Shown here piece after piece: positions 23,809 through 35,216 of a stretch of DNA of 64,000 bases. Within the stretch, counting starts at the first letter, position 1. Each line of letters starts with the position of its first letter. The DNA comes from Squalus acanthias (taxonomy: Eukaryota): contig CM059431.1 of assembly GCA_030390025.1 (NCBI GenBank), forward strand, positions 125,986,001 to 126,050,000, read 5' to 3'. The notes under the pieces are model-generated. The model saw only the letters and a program-made list of their open reading frames with translations. It had not been told where the DNA came from and searched no databases. The position numbers were made by a program, and so were the translations under genes.

Positions 23809-25531
23809 TGTAAGGGATTCCTGATCCTGCGTGTCTCGCAGCCTGTGAGATTCACGCGGCTCTGTGCAGCCTGTATGTCAGTGCGGGTCTAGGCCTTGCT
23901 GCCTGTTCTGGTCTCCAGCCAGTCTGGGAACACTAGACACACCTGTGAGTGGTTCGAATCACTCTCCCTTACGGTTCTAGACACTGGACTTAGATGCGAG
24001 AGCAGTAATGGAGATAAAAACTCATGTAGGCTTGGTTTGACTGGTACGAAATGGAAAATCTTTATTGCATGATACTTAAAATTATGAAATACATGTCATA
24101 AGCACAGATTAATGACAGTACAATCTTACAAACAGTTATGTAGTCGATCTTAGGGAAACGAGGAACGAACGGCACAAAGTAAATAGGGGCACACATTACA
24201 AATATCCTTAATCCTTAAACCCTCCCCTATCAATATCTATCCTAAACTAGATTCGTAGGATCTCGAGACTCATGCTCACCACTCGTGATAACTCGGAGAA
24301 ATTCCGAATAGCTGATCGGATGTTTTTCACCGCAGCACCCACGTGTCGGTCAGGAGATCTCCTGGTCCCACTTGTTTACTTGCTTCTGCTGCTCCGGCTA
24401 GCAGGCTGGACCGTCTGCTGTGATGAAGACCTGTGTTGGTTGGCTTAACAGGTACTCTTCGAGCACAGTTGTCAATATCGTCGATACGATATGTTTTCAC
24501 GTTCCAGTTACTTTGGGCACAGTCCAGTTATCATCGATGCAATATGTTTCGTTGCAAGTTCAAGAGAAGTCTTCCTGGCGAGGAAAACTTGGCTAATCGA
24601 CCTACAGGCGCGGTCGGGATTTTACTGACCGTGGCGATGGATATGGTCTTCCTCTCTTCTCATCTCATCTCATCTCATCTCATCTCATCTCGGGCCTTCG
24701 GTTCCGCTGCCAGTTACCAACATAGGTCTTCGTTACGCGACACGAGGTAGATCCGAACGGATCAGAAAATGCAACAGTCTTTTCAGAAGAGGCAACAGGC
24801 AAGCAGAAGCCCAACTACGAGTACACAGGAGCAGGCACGAGGTTACGAATCGACCGGATAAAAGCACAGGAGCCAGCGAGCAAGAGCAAGAGCGAGAGAG
24901 AGAATGGGCGGTTTGGAGCCTGCAATTATAGTGCAAAATCTTCCGTTTCCCGCCCAACTATAATGTCCATTCTTTTGTTTAGGGTTTGGCGCCCAAATGT
25001 CTTGTATAGGTGATCTCCGTTCTTAATGGGTTTCGGGGCTACTCGTAAATGTCTGAGTACCTGTTAATATTTCTCCCATTGTTAAATCGGTCGGTGTTCT
25101 CCCTGGAGGGGTTTGGGGCTTCCAAGTGTCCTGTATAACTACCTGCTAACGGCTCTCTCATCGTAGAGTCGTTGGGATTTTACATATTAATGTCTTTTGG
25201 ATGGGCCCTTGATTACTCGGTACAATGGCTTTCCTTTGTACCTGGGAGACCGATTTCAGTATCTATGTGTATACTGCAAACCCATAATGTCTCGTGTATT
25301 ATCTTCACTGTGCTGAATCTTAATCGATCTTGCACAAATGTTTATTGGAACGCCATCTTGTCTGCCTGTTGAAGAGTCTAGAATGTTCTGTCACGAGGTG
25401 CGGCGGCCATTTTACAGGCTGCTTGTGTCCACTTTAAACCTGCCAGCATTCTGCTGAAAATAAAAGCTGTTTGAACGAAACTCTGTGTTTTCTCCTTATT
25501 AACAAAATCGCGATATATTGCGAATTCTACA
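23809..25531 (-). mobile_element. Long solo LTR (1723 bp), ERV-like
   Basis: TGTAAGGGATTC...GAATTCTACA termini and perfect 4-bp TSD ATTG (23805-23808, 25532-25535). Minus-strand AATAAA at about 24061 and TATA-like at about 24925. Confidence 0.85.
24657..24691. repeat. (CATCT)n pentanucleotide microsatellite inside the LTR
   Basis: CATCTCATCTCATCTCATCTCATCTCATCTC read directly. Confidence 0.95.
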
Positions 25532-26402
25532 ATTGTGGTGATCACATCCTCCATGGTTGACTACAGATTGTCGATGACAAACACTAAAACCCCACATAAT
25601 TTGGTAGTGATCTTCTCCACACTCTCTGACATTTTGCGGATGCTCCCTGGCAGGTAGTTCAATGCATTGGGGTAATTGCTGGTACACGTAAAGCATCAGG
25701 GCTCCTAAAGTTTGCATCCCTGTCCTCTTTGGCAGAACTACGATGCAAGGTTGCCCTCCATTGAGCAGTTTTCTGGCCCGTCCTTGCCATCTGTACCTGC
25801 TCCTATTCACTTGTGCTCGGTAAATCGTCCAGTGCAGAGCTCTGTAACTCACCAGCTATACCATGCAGATTGCTGATTTCTGTACCGATGGTTGGAAGAG
25901 TGTGAGTGAGTAATCTTCTGATGAGTTCTCCCCCTGTGACTGCAAGGACCAAGTCATCTGATGGACCTAGAGAAAGGGGAGATGGACAAACGTTAGCATG
26001 AAGTGACAGGGTAAGCAATAATAGATCAGTGGCAGTGCAGTGTGACACCAGGTTATATTGTTCAGTGTGTGAGTGAGAAAGTTACGTAGACATCGAAAAA
26101 GGGAAGGTGCACTTGCTGTGCCTGCCCTCCAGCCTAGTCATCTCGCATGCTGCGTACCCTCTCTCCAGCAATGCTGTTGATGGCGGCCTCTTCCATTAGC
26201 ACCAGTGTCTGTAGAGTGAAAGTATCTTTTCCTTCCATCATACTCCCCTTTCTGTTGTGTGCCAGCTTGTCCTGCAAGCAGAGTGGAAGTCGGTTAGTCT
26301 GTGCCCTAATTGAGGGCTTTAAAGATGCCTGAGGCAGCTTAGCCAAGTGTGCATGATGAGAGGAAGAAGCAGCAACTGTGGCCAAGAGGGGGAAGTAGTT
26401 GT

Positions 26403-29400
26403 AAGAGTACAGAGAACAGGATAGTTAGGCTAAATACGTGGCTTGAGCAGTGGTGTAAGAGGGAGGGTTTTAAATTTTTGAGGCATTGGAAATAGTTTTG
26501 TGGTAGGTGTGACCTATACAAAAGGGACGGTCTACACCTATGCAAAGATGGAACTGATGTTCTCGGGGTAATTTTTGATAAAGCAGTTCGGGAGCATTTA
26601 AACTAGTATGGCAGGGGGCTAGAAACCTATGTAGTGAAATAGAGGAAAGTGAAAGGCAGACAGAAATAAATGGTAAAAGGGTGAGGAACAAAAAACAAAG
26701 GGCCAAACTAATTCATAAAAAATGTGAGCATAAAAAAAGCCTGAGGGTTTTATACCTTAATGCGAGAAGCATCAGGAACAAGGTAGATGAATTAGCTGTG
26801 GAAATAGAGGTTAATAATTATGATCTAATTGGGATTACGGAAACATGGTTGCAGGGTGAGCAGGGCTGGGAGCTTAACATACAGGGGTATTCAGTATTTA
26901 GGAAGGATCGACAAAAAAGAAAGGGAGGAGGGGTAGTATTGCTGGTAAAAGAGGGGATAAATGCAATTGAAAGGAAGGATATTAACTCAGTTAATACAGA
27001 ATCTATATGGGTGGAGCTAAGAAATAGCGAGGGGCGAAAAACATTAATAGGAGTGGTATATAGGCCTCCAAATAGTAAAATAGAGGTTGGGGAGGGCATC
27101 ACGAGGGAAATTAGAGAAGCGTGCAATAAGAGCACAGCTGTCATCATAGGTGACTTTAACTTACATATAGATTGGACTAGCCTAATCAGTAAAAATAATG
27201 AGGAGGAGGAATTCCTTGAGTGTTTAAGGGATGGTTATCTGGATCAATATGTCGAGGAACCAACTCGGGAACAGGCTATATTGGACTGGGTACTGTGCAA
27301 TGAGAAGGGACTAATTAGTAATCTTGTTGTACGGGGACCCTTGGGTCAGAGCGATCATAACATGATCGATTTCTCACTCGAAATGGAGAGCGAAGAAATT
27401 GACTCAGAGACTAAGGTCCTGAATTTAAACAAGGGGAATTATGATGCCATTAGACGGGAACTGAGTAGGTCTGATTGGACAACGTTCCTGGGAGGACTGG
27501 AGGTAGATAAACAATGGCAAGCATTTAAAGATAGAATGACAAAATTGCAAAAATTGTTTATACCAATCTGGCATAAAAGGAAATCTAAAAAGGTGACTCA
27601 ACCGTGGATAACAGGGGAAATTAGAGACAGCATAAAATCCAAAGATAGGGCGTATAAAATAGTCAAAAAAAGCGCCAGAGCGGAAGATTGGGAACAGTTT
27701 AAGATAGAGCAAAGGAGGACAAAGGGCTTAATCAAGAGGGGCAAAATAGCTTATGAAAGCAAGCTGGCGGAAAATATAAAAACTAACTCCAAAAGCTTTT
27801 ATAAGTATATCAAGAGGAAAAGACTGGTGAAAACCAAAGTTGGTCCATTGCAGTCAGATACGGGGGAATATATAACGGGAAATAAGGAAATGGCAGACCA
27901 ACTAAATGCATACTTTGGGTCAGTCTTTACGAAGGAAGACACAAAAAACCTCCCTGGGATATCGGGAAAAATAGGGACATTGGCAAAGGAGGAACTGATG
28001 CAAATCAATATCTCTAAGGATATGGTGTTAAGGAAGCTAAAGGGATTGAAGGCGGACAAATCCCCAGGGCCTGATAACATGCATCCTAGGGTACTGAAGG
28101 AGGTGGCCCTAGAGATAGCGGATGCACTAAGTATGATTTTTCAGAATTCATTAGACTCGGGAACAGTGCCCATGGATTGGAGGGTAGCTAACGTTACCCC
28201 ACTATTCAAAAAGGGGGGTAGGGAAAAAACAGGTAATTACAGACCTGTAAGCCTTACATCAGTTGTGGGCAAAATGCTGGAGTCCATCATTAAGGATGAA
28301 ATAGCGGAGCACTTAGCAAATGGGGACAGGATAGGACAGAGTCAACATGGATTTACAAAGGGTAAATCGTGCTTGACTAATCTATTGGAATTTTTTGAGG
28401 GAGTAACTGGTAAAATAGATGGGGGAGAGCCAGTAGATGTGGTGTACCTGGACTTCCAAAAGGCCTTCGACAAGGTCCCACATAAAAGATTAGCATGGAA
28501 AATTGAAGCTCATGGGATAAAGGGGAAAGTATTGACGTGGATAGAGAACTGGCTGTCAGATAGAAAACAGAGAGTTGGAATAAACGGCTCATTTTCTGAA
28601 TGGCAGGCAGTAACAAGTGGGGTACCGCAGGGATCTGTCCTGGGTCCCCAGCTGTTCACAATTTACATTAATGACCTGGATCAGGGAGTCGGATGCAGCA
28701 TTTCCAAATTTGCAGACGACACTAAACTAGGAGGGGGGGTGGGCTCAGAGGAGGAGACCAGGAAGCTCCAGAGCGATTTAGACAGACTGGGTGATTGGGC
28801 GGATAAATGGCAGATGCACTATAATGTGTACAAGTGCGAAGTTATCCACCTTGGGTGCAGGAACGGGAGGGCAAATTATTATTTAAATGGCAATAAATTG
28901 GGAGAGGGGGAAGTACAGAGAGACCTGGGTGTTCTTGTACACCAGTCACTGAAGGCGAGCATGCAGGTGCAACAGGCGGTCAAGAAGGCAAACGGTATGC
29001 TGGCCTTCATAGCAAAAGGGTTGGAATACAGGAACAGGGATACCTTGCTGCAGCTGTACAGGGCACTGGTGAGACCACACCTCGAGTACTGTGTACAATT
29101 TTGGTCGCCTCATCTGAGGAAAGATGTTCTTGCCATGGAGGGGGTGCAGCGGCGATTCACCAGGCTGATACCAGGAATGGCGGGATTGACCTATGAGGAG
29201 AGACTATGTAGTTTAGGGATGTACACACTGGAGTTTAGAAGATTGAGAGGGGACCTCATAGAAGTGTATAAAATTCTGACAGGTCTAGACAGACTAGATG
29301 CAGAAGGAATGTTTCCCTTGGCAGGTGAGAACAGAACTAGAGGACATAATTTAAGGATAAGGGCTAAACCATTTAGGACAGAAATGAGGGGGAATTTCTT

Positions 29401-29642
29401 CACTCAGAGGGTGGTGAACCTGTGGAACTCATTGCCACAGAGGGCAGTGTACGCCAGCTCATTAAATATATTTAAGAGGGAATTAGATATATTTCTACAG
29501 GCAAAAGGGGTTAAGGGTTACGGAGAGAAGGCGGGGACGGGATACTGAATTGGAGGATCAGCCATGATCTCATTAAATGGCGGAGCAGGCTCGAAGGGCC
29601 GGATGGCCTACTCCTGCTCCTATCTTCTATGTATCTATCTAT
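26403..29642 (+). mobile_element. Young CR1 LINE, 5'-truncated within ORF1, complete ORF2
   Basis: ORF1 C-terminus (LNTWLEQWCKREGF..LYKRDGLHL..EHLN*, SGNH esterase-like), intact ORF2 and (CTAT)n-type tail. TSD GTAGTTGT at 26395-26402 and 29643-29650. Confidence 0.97.
26681..29548 (+). CDS. CR1 ORF2: APE endonuclease plus reverse transcriptase (955 aa; frame actually open from 26582)
   Basis: YLNARSI, GITETW, GDFN, LDWVL, SDH (APE); [30 protein letters not shown] (RT). No stops or frameshifts. Confidence 0.95.
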   Translation: MRNKKQRAKLIHKKCEHKKSLRVLYLNARSIRNKVDELAVEIEVNNYDLIGITETWLQGEQGWELNIQGYSVFRKDRQKRKGGGVVLLVKEGINAIERKDINSVNTESIWVELRNSEGRKTLIGVVYRPPNSKIEVGEGITREIREACNKSTAVIIGDFNLHIDWTSLISKNNEEEEFLECLRDGYLDQYVEEPTREQAILDWVLCNEKGLISNLVVRGPLGQSDHNMIDFSLEMESEEIDSETKVLNLNKGNYDAIRRELSRSDWTTFLGGLEVDKQWQAFKDRMTKLQKLFIPIWHKRKSKKVTQPWITGEIRDSIKSKDRAYKIVKKSARAEDWEQFKIEQRRTKGLIKRGKIAYESKLAENIKTNSKSFYKYIKRKRLVKTKVGPLQSDTGEYITGNKEMADQLNAYFGSVFTKEDTKNLPGISGKIGTLAKEELMQINISKDMVLRKLKGLKADKSPGPDNMHPRVLKEVALEIADALSMIFQNSLDSGTVPMDWRVANVTPLFKKGGREKTGNYRPVSLTSVVGKMLESIIKDEIAEHLANGDRIGQSQHGFTKGKSCLTNLLEFFEGVTGKIDGGEPVDVVYLDFQKAFDKVPHKRLAWKIEAHGIKGKVLTWIENWLSDRKQRVGINGSFSEWQAVTSGVPQGSVLGPQLFTIYINDLDQGVGCSISKFADDTKLGGGVGSEEETRKLQSDLDRLGDWADKWQMHYNVYKCEVIHLGCRNGRANYYLNGNKLGEGEVQRDLGVLVHQSLKASMQVQQAVKKANGMLAFIAKGLEYRNRDTLLQLYRALVRPHLEYCVQFWSPHLRKDVLAMEGVQRRFTRLIPGMAGLTYEERLCSLGMYTLEFRRLRGDLIEVYKILTGLDRLDAEGMFPLAGENRTRGHNLRIRAKPFRTEMRGNFFTQRVVNLWNSLPQRAVYASSLNIFKRELDIFLQAKGVKGYGEKAGTGY

Positions 29643-30454
29643 GTAGTTGTGAGAGCAGCAGCAGGTGTTGAGTGTGCGAGTGTAAGCACAAAGAAGGTGC
29701 ACTGAAGTGTTCCATACTGACTTGAGGAGCAGCATGGGAAGAAGGGAAGGGAAAGGTTGATAGTGCTGCGGATAAAGTAGGATGGTGCAGGGCTGTGCAG
29801 AGAGCAAGGCAGATGTGAAGGGGTGTCAGCCAGGTTTTGGGGACAATGATTGTGACAATGACTTGCGCTGCCAACTCTCACCATGCCGGCTGACTACTTT
29901 GTCTCGGCACCTGTTGCCCATCGGAGGGGAAGCGAACCTCTGTCCTCCTGTTCTCTAGGTCAATGAGCACCTCCACCATTGTATCCGGGAATCTGGGGGC
30001 TCTGGTAGAAGTCATCCTGCCTCATGCTACACAATATCGGTGTCCCCTATTTACCATTGAAAATAGCATCTCCCCTTTAAGGTACTGCAGGCTGCCTTTA
30101 ATTGGCAACTGGCCTGCTAGATTTCCTGCTTTCCCAATTGGTGAGCTACCTATAGGGAGCACATGCTGGAAGCTTATCAATTTAATTTAAATTAGGCCCG
30201 ACCATGACATTGGCACAAACCAAATGCCGATTTCTTCGGCTAGACAGAGCACACACCCCGCTCACTGACGACTCGGTTAATGTTGTATTTGATAAATCAC
30301 CCCCATGTGTTAGGTTTTGACCCAGACACTAGTGGGTAGAATTTTCACCGGGGTTCCCTGATCTCCTGCTGTAACTCCGGCGGAAGATCGGCAGAAACAA
30401 TGGAAAAATGGTAGGATTGGCTGTTTGTGTCATGACTTCGAGGTTCCTGACAAT

Positions 30455-32303
30455 CTTCAAGACAGAAAGCAGAGAGTAGGGGTAAAGGGTAGCTATTCAG
30501 AGTGGCAGAAGGTGGGAAGTGGGGTTCCACAAGGATCAGTGCTGGGACCGCTGTTGTTCATAATTTATATTAATGATTTAGACGTTGGAATAAAAACACA
30601 ATTTCTAAATTTGCGGATGACACCAAATTGCGGGGGATAGCCAATACTGAGGAGGACTGCAACAAATTACAAGAAGATATTAATAAACTTGCAGAATAGG
30701 CAAATAATTGGCAAATGAAATTCAACATGGATAAATGTGAGGTGTTGCATTTTGGTAAGAAAAATAGGGAGGTCACTTATTACTTGGAAAATAATGGGGA
30801 GAAATTCATTATAGCCCCGTTTGGGGCACTAACTTCTAAAAGTTGAAAAAATGATTGCCAGGCACTAACGTTTCTCAACTGTTAAAAAATTCAGTTTTGC
30901 GCTCCAGGAGGGAAGTGAAGCGCTAAATCAAACGCTCCACTTCCTTCCTGGAGTGCAACAGGCAGCAGGCGGGGTGGTAGGTGAGCAGCGCTGCACACTG
31001 GGCCGAGCAATGCTGCCGCGTTGGAAGGCTCCTTCCCTCCCTTAAAGGGAAGCACCATCGCTGCAGGCTCTGCAAGGAAACAATGTACCTGGACCCAGAC
31101 GGTAGCTACGATCCAGCCTGACCAGTCCGATGCAATGCAGCAGAGTGCCGGGCTGATCGAGCTGGGGAAAAAAAAGCAAAAAAAAATGAACGAGCATTTG
31201 ATAATTTTTTTCCCTACCTCGGCCACCTCGCCTTTAAGTATCGCCCCCAAAACGCCCGGCCTCCCGATGAACGTCTCCTGTAGCTGCCGGTGTTGTCACC
31301 CGGCGATGTTGCAGGGGGTGATACAGAAGTTTGGGTCCAGGGCACAACCGGGATGATGCGCACGGCGATGACTTCACGATCTCCGGGCGAACGAGATCAG
31401 GGCGCAACGCCATACCGCCGCCACAAACCTCCTGATGAATTTAGTGGGAGGCAATATTCTCGCCGCGCCCGAACAGTAAGTGGTTAGTGCCACATTATCG
31501 CCCCCCCGGTGGCAATAACGGGAGGCGCAAAGGTACCCAATTTCTCCCCCTATGAATCTAAATGGGGTAGAGGAACAAAGGGATCTAGGAGAACAGATAC
31601 ACAAATCACCAAAAGTATCGACACAGGTTAACAAGGCCATAAAAAAAGCAAACCAAGTACTAGGGTTTATTTGCAGAGGGATACAACTGAAAAGTAATGA
31701 AGTTATGTTAAACTTGTATCGTACCTTGGTTAGACCACACTTGGAGTACTGTGTGCAATTCTGGTCACCATATTATAAAAAGGATATAGAGGCACTGGCG
31801 AGGGTGCAGAGAAGATTTACGAGGATGATACCAGAAATGCGAGGGTACACCTATCAGGAAAGGATGAACAGGCTGGGTCTCTTTTTGCTTGAAAAGAAAA
31901 GGCTGAGGGGTGACCTAATAGAGGTCTTTACATTCATGAAAGGTTTTGATAGAGTAAATACAGAGAGAGTGTTTCCACTTGTGGGGAAGAGCAAAACTAG
32001 AGGCCATCAATATAAGATAGTAACCAAGAAATCAAATAGGGAATTTAGAAGAAACTTCTTTACCCAGAGAGTGGTGAGAATGTGGAACTCACTACCACAG
32101 GAAGTGGTTGAAGCGAATAGTACAGATGCATTTAAGGGGCGGTTAGATAAGCATATGAGGGAGAAGGGAATAGAGGGTTATGCTGATTGGGTTAGATGAG
32201 GAAAGATGGGAGAAGGCTCGAGTGGAGTAGAAACACCGGCATGGACTGGTTGGGCTGAATGGCCTGTTTCTGTGCTGTATATCCAATGTAATCCTATGTA
32301 ATT
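30455..32303 (+). mobile_element. CR1 LINE 3' portion (different subfamily), split by a MITE
   Basis: [38 protein letters not shown]. Tail TGTAATCCTATGTAA. Confidence 0.93.
30795..31550. mobile_element. Harbinger-type MITE
   Basis: TIR (T/G)GGGGAGAAATT, TSD TAA/TAT. Related to 5427-6187. Removing it restores CR1 YLEN.NLNGVEE. Confidence 0.88.
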
Positions 32304-32382
32304 ACAGTGGGGAATCAAGATAAACCTGCAGAAATTACTGGCATATGTGTCTGTTACTATCTCAGAAAATGGAGCTTTGCAG

Positions 32383-34090
32383 TGTAGGGGGTGGTGTTTT
32401 TGTGTCAGCTTTACCTCTGACTTCTGAGCAGTTCGAATTGCTCCCAAACCCTTGGTTCTAGACCTTGGACTTATTTGGGGATGTGATACAAAAGGTGCAG
32501 CAGACAACTGAGCTTGATGAAAGAACTTCAATCTTTATTAAAAGGTAAGCCACAAATAATATCACTCTTATCACTCTAAAGGTGGGGAACACTTCGGTAC
32601 AAGCGAGGGAAATGACAGTAGAACAATACTTCACCCCTCCCAACTCCACTTTACTAGCTAAGTTAGGTTTTGAAGGACCAGGGATAATCCTCACCAATCC
32701 TTTGACAGTTGGGCTAAATCGCAGTTTTGGGGTTCGCTGTTTATGGCGGTTAGTGTCTGCCGTACCCCGCACGTGGTAGAGGACTTCACCTGGGTCTCTG
32801 GTCAGTCTTCGCGAGTCCGCTGATGCGGTAGGATGTCGTAATGGATTTATCTGGTGAGTACACAATTTCTTTAGTTCAACAGTAGGGCTTAGAGTCTTTA
32901 GGGAAAATCTTACCCAGGGGTAAGTCAGGAGTGGTTTGTAGTGTGGAAACTTTGTGATTCTTTGGGTTTTCTTCCCTGGAGTTGGTCTTTGTTGGTCGCG
33001 GTGGCCTGCGATTACCCAGTTAGTTGGGGGTAATGCGCAGTTGTTGGTTTCGTGAGGCCTTTGGTTTCCGCGATGGCTTTAGGCCTTGGAAGGTGTGTCG
33101 GTCGACCTCGTGGAGCCATCAGTGACTTGTTGCTGCTTGTTGCTCCGGGTGACTGTGTTGGGGCCGTTGTTGGGGGTCCGTCGAGGTGGTGTCTTCGCGA
33201 GCTGGACTCAGGTGTGTCTGAGTGGTGAGCGATGCTGACTCGCTTCCAGCTCGGGCCTTCTTCTTCTTGGTCTGTCCTCCTTCTGATGACCACCGGTTGC
33301 GACTGACTGCTTGACCCAACGAACGCTGGACTGTGTTGTTTCTCTCTCTTCTAGCTAGCTTGGTGTGTGCTTGGTGGGCCTTCAATTATACAGAATTGAA
33401 GTGGCCTTATCTACCCGCCAAATCTGTTCAGTTCATTGTCTAGTTTTGGTGGGCTCGTAAATCGGTAACGATTTACTTGCACGTTAACTGGGTTTTAACA
33501 GGCCTTCAATCTGACCCATTGAATATGGCCTTATCTACCCGCCAAATCTGTTCAGTTCATTGTCTGAATTTGGCGGGCCTGCCACCAGTAACTGCTCTGT
33601 AAGTGTCAAATGGGTTTTTGGGATGGTTTGCATCCTGTCGATCTTCTTGGCTGATTGCTGGTGATGGGTTTTGTGTTTTGTGTTCCTAGGCTGATCTATA
33701 GCCTAGTCCTGGGTGCTCTGTATTATGCATGTTTCTTGATGGGCCCTGTAATCGGTTTGATGGGACCTATTGTTTTGGGTGGGACTGTCTTCTCCTAGCG
33801 TCTATTGTCAAAATGTTAATGCATGCTGGGGCTTTGAGTGAGGTCATCCCGGTTACCCAGACATTGCAATTAACTGCAATACCCAAAACTGCTTTTACAG
33901 AGGTCGAACCCAACTTCCTTCACAGCCTTTTCTCCCTTTACAGGCCTAGACATGTTTTTAAAATGCCAAAACTTGGTTTTTGGTCTTATATTCCTTAGGT
34001 TAGGCCCAAATGCATTTTTATCACTCTGAGGTAGTTCCAAAGTCCTTTTTCCTTAGGTTCTGGGGGTCTGTAAATTTTGGAAACCTTACA
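32383..34090 (-). mobile_element. Long solo LTR (about 1.7 kb), ERV-like
   Basis: TGTAGG...CCTTACA termini with CAG on both flanks. Minus-strand AATAAA at about 32534 and TATA-like at about 33385. Internal duplicated block at 33403 and 33527. Confidence 0.75.
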
Positions 34091-35216
34091 CAGTATAGGC
34101 AAAATCTAAAATTCTAGTTATTTTATAGCTGAGATATATATATAAAGCTGCACTGAAATTGCACCGCATGGAGAATATTTATTCACCCAGCCCCTAACTG
34201 ATAAGATTACAGAGGAAAGGAAAGAAAAATTGAAACCCCATCAAACATTTGAATTCTCCAATAGTCTATTATTTTTACAGCAGGCTCGGGAACATAATCA
34301 TAAGAAAGGTCACCACTAATAAAAAGTAAGCCAAGTTCTATGAATAAAAGTAAGCATTCAAAGTTGTTTACCTGCTTTACATTATTGCTTTATTCCTCTC
34401 ATTTTATTTCCATTTGATTTTTAACTTTTGTTGCATTTTCTGTGCTGGCAGGATCATAGCAGCTTTTAAAATTGAACCTTATTTTGTTCTCTTGCCCACT
34501 TTTAATGGTTTTGCTTTTGACTGAAAGTGTTGGAACAAATAAATGGTCAGGGCCTCAGACTGTGACAAATAACCTAAAAACAGACACAAACATTTAAGAA
34601 CTGGACGCTGATGGATGTTAGCTGCTAAGATGTGGCAAAGGCAAAGCGTGCATTATCCCAGGAAAGCCAAGGGCAGTTTGAAGTAATTCACGTCTTATAA
34701 ATTCTAAGGGGGAAACATTCAGTTGGTTACCGCCTCCAGTTAGCGCTTGGCGGGGGTGCTAATGGGGCGTTGATGCAGTAGTGCCGGGGCGAGGCGAATC
34801 CAGTGATGCACGCCAAATCCGGCCCCACCCCCTGTAGCACTGCCACTTCGAGTTACTGCCAGGGACCTCAGCGCCAGGCAGATCATTATGTCAGTGAGCG
34901 TGCAACGCTCACTGGGTGCCCGATCTGCAAAATTCATTATCGCCCCCTGCCTTAGCGCCTCACCCCAACAGCGACAGGGAGAGGAGGCATCAAGCAGGTG
35001 GATGCCGGCTCCAGGGGTGCTACTTAAAGGGATCATGAGTAATGAGTCGCAGCTGTCATGTTAGTGCTGTTTCAGTACTTCCTTGTCAGTTTGTTATTGT
35101 GCAACAGTTTAATTCAGTCATTTAAAGGTTGTTTAGTATCAGGAGTGTTGTGGCCACTAACAATTAGTTACATTTATTCTCACAACATATCAAAGTGCTA
35201 CACTTGGTTACATTAA

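Larger units (their letters stand above)
22245..30304. mobile_element. Fragmented Harbinger element hosting a MITE, a solo LTR and a CR1
   Basis: Plus-strand transposase piece YLNFSKKQCIMRLCFS..LPVALKITAALNLFASGSFQ at 22411-22610. Minus-strand Myb remnants at 25536-26280 and 29870-30015 (MTSTRAPRFPD). Terminus AAATCACCCCC at 30304. That all pieces belong to one element is an inference. Confidence 0.65.
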
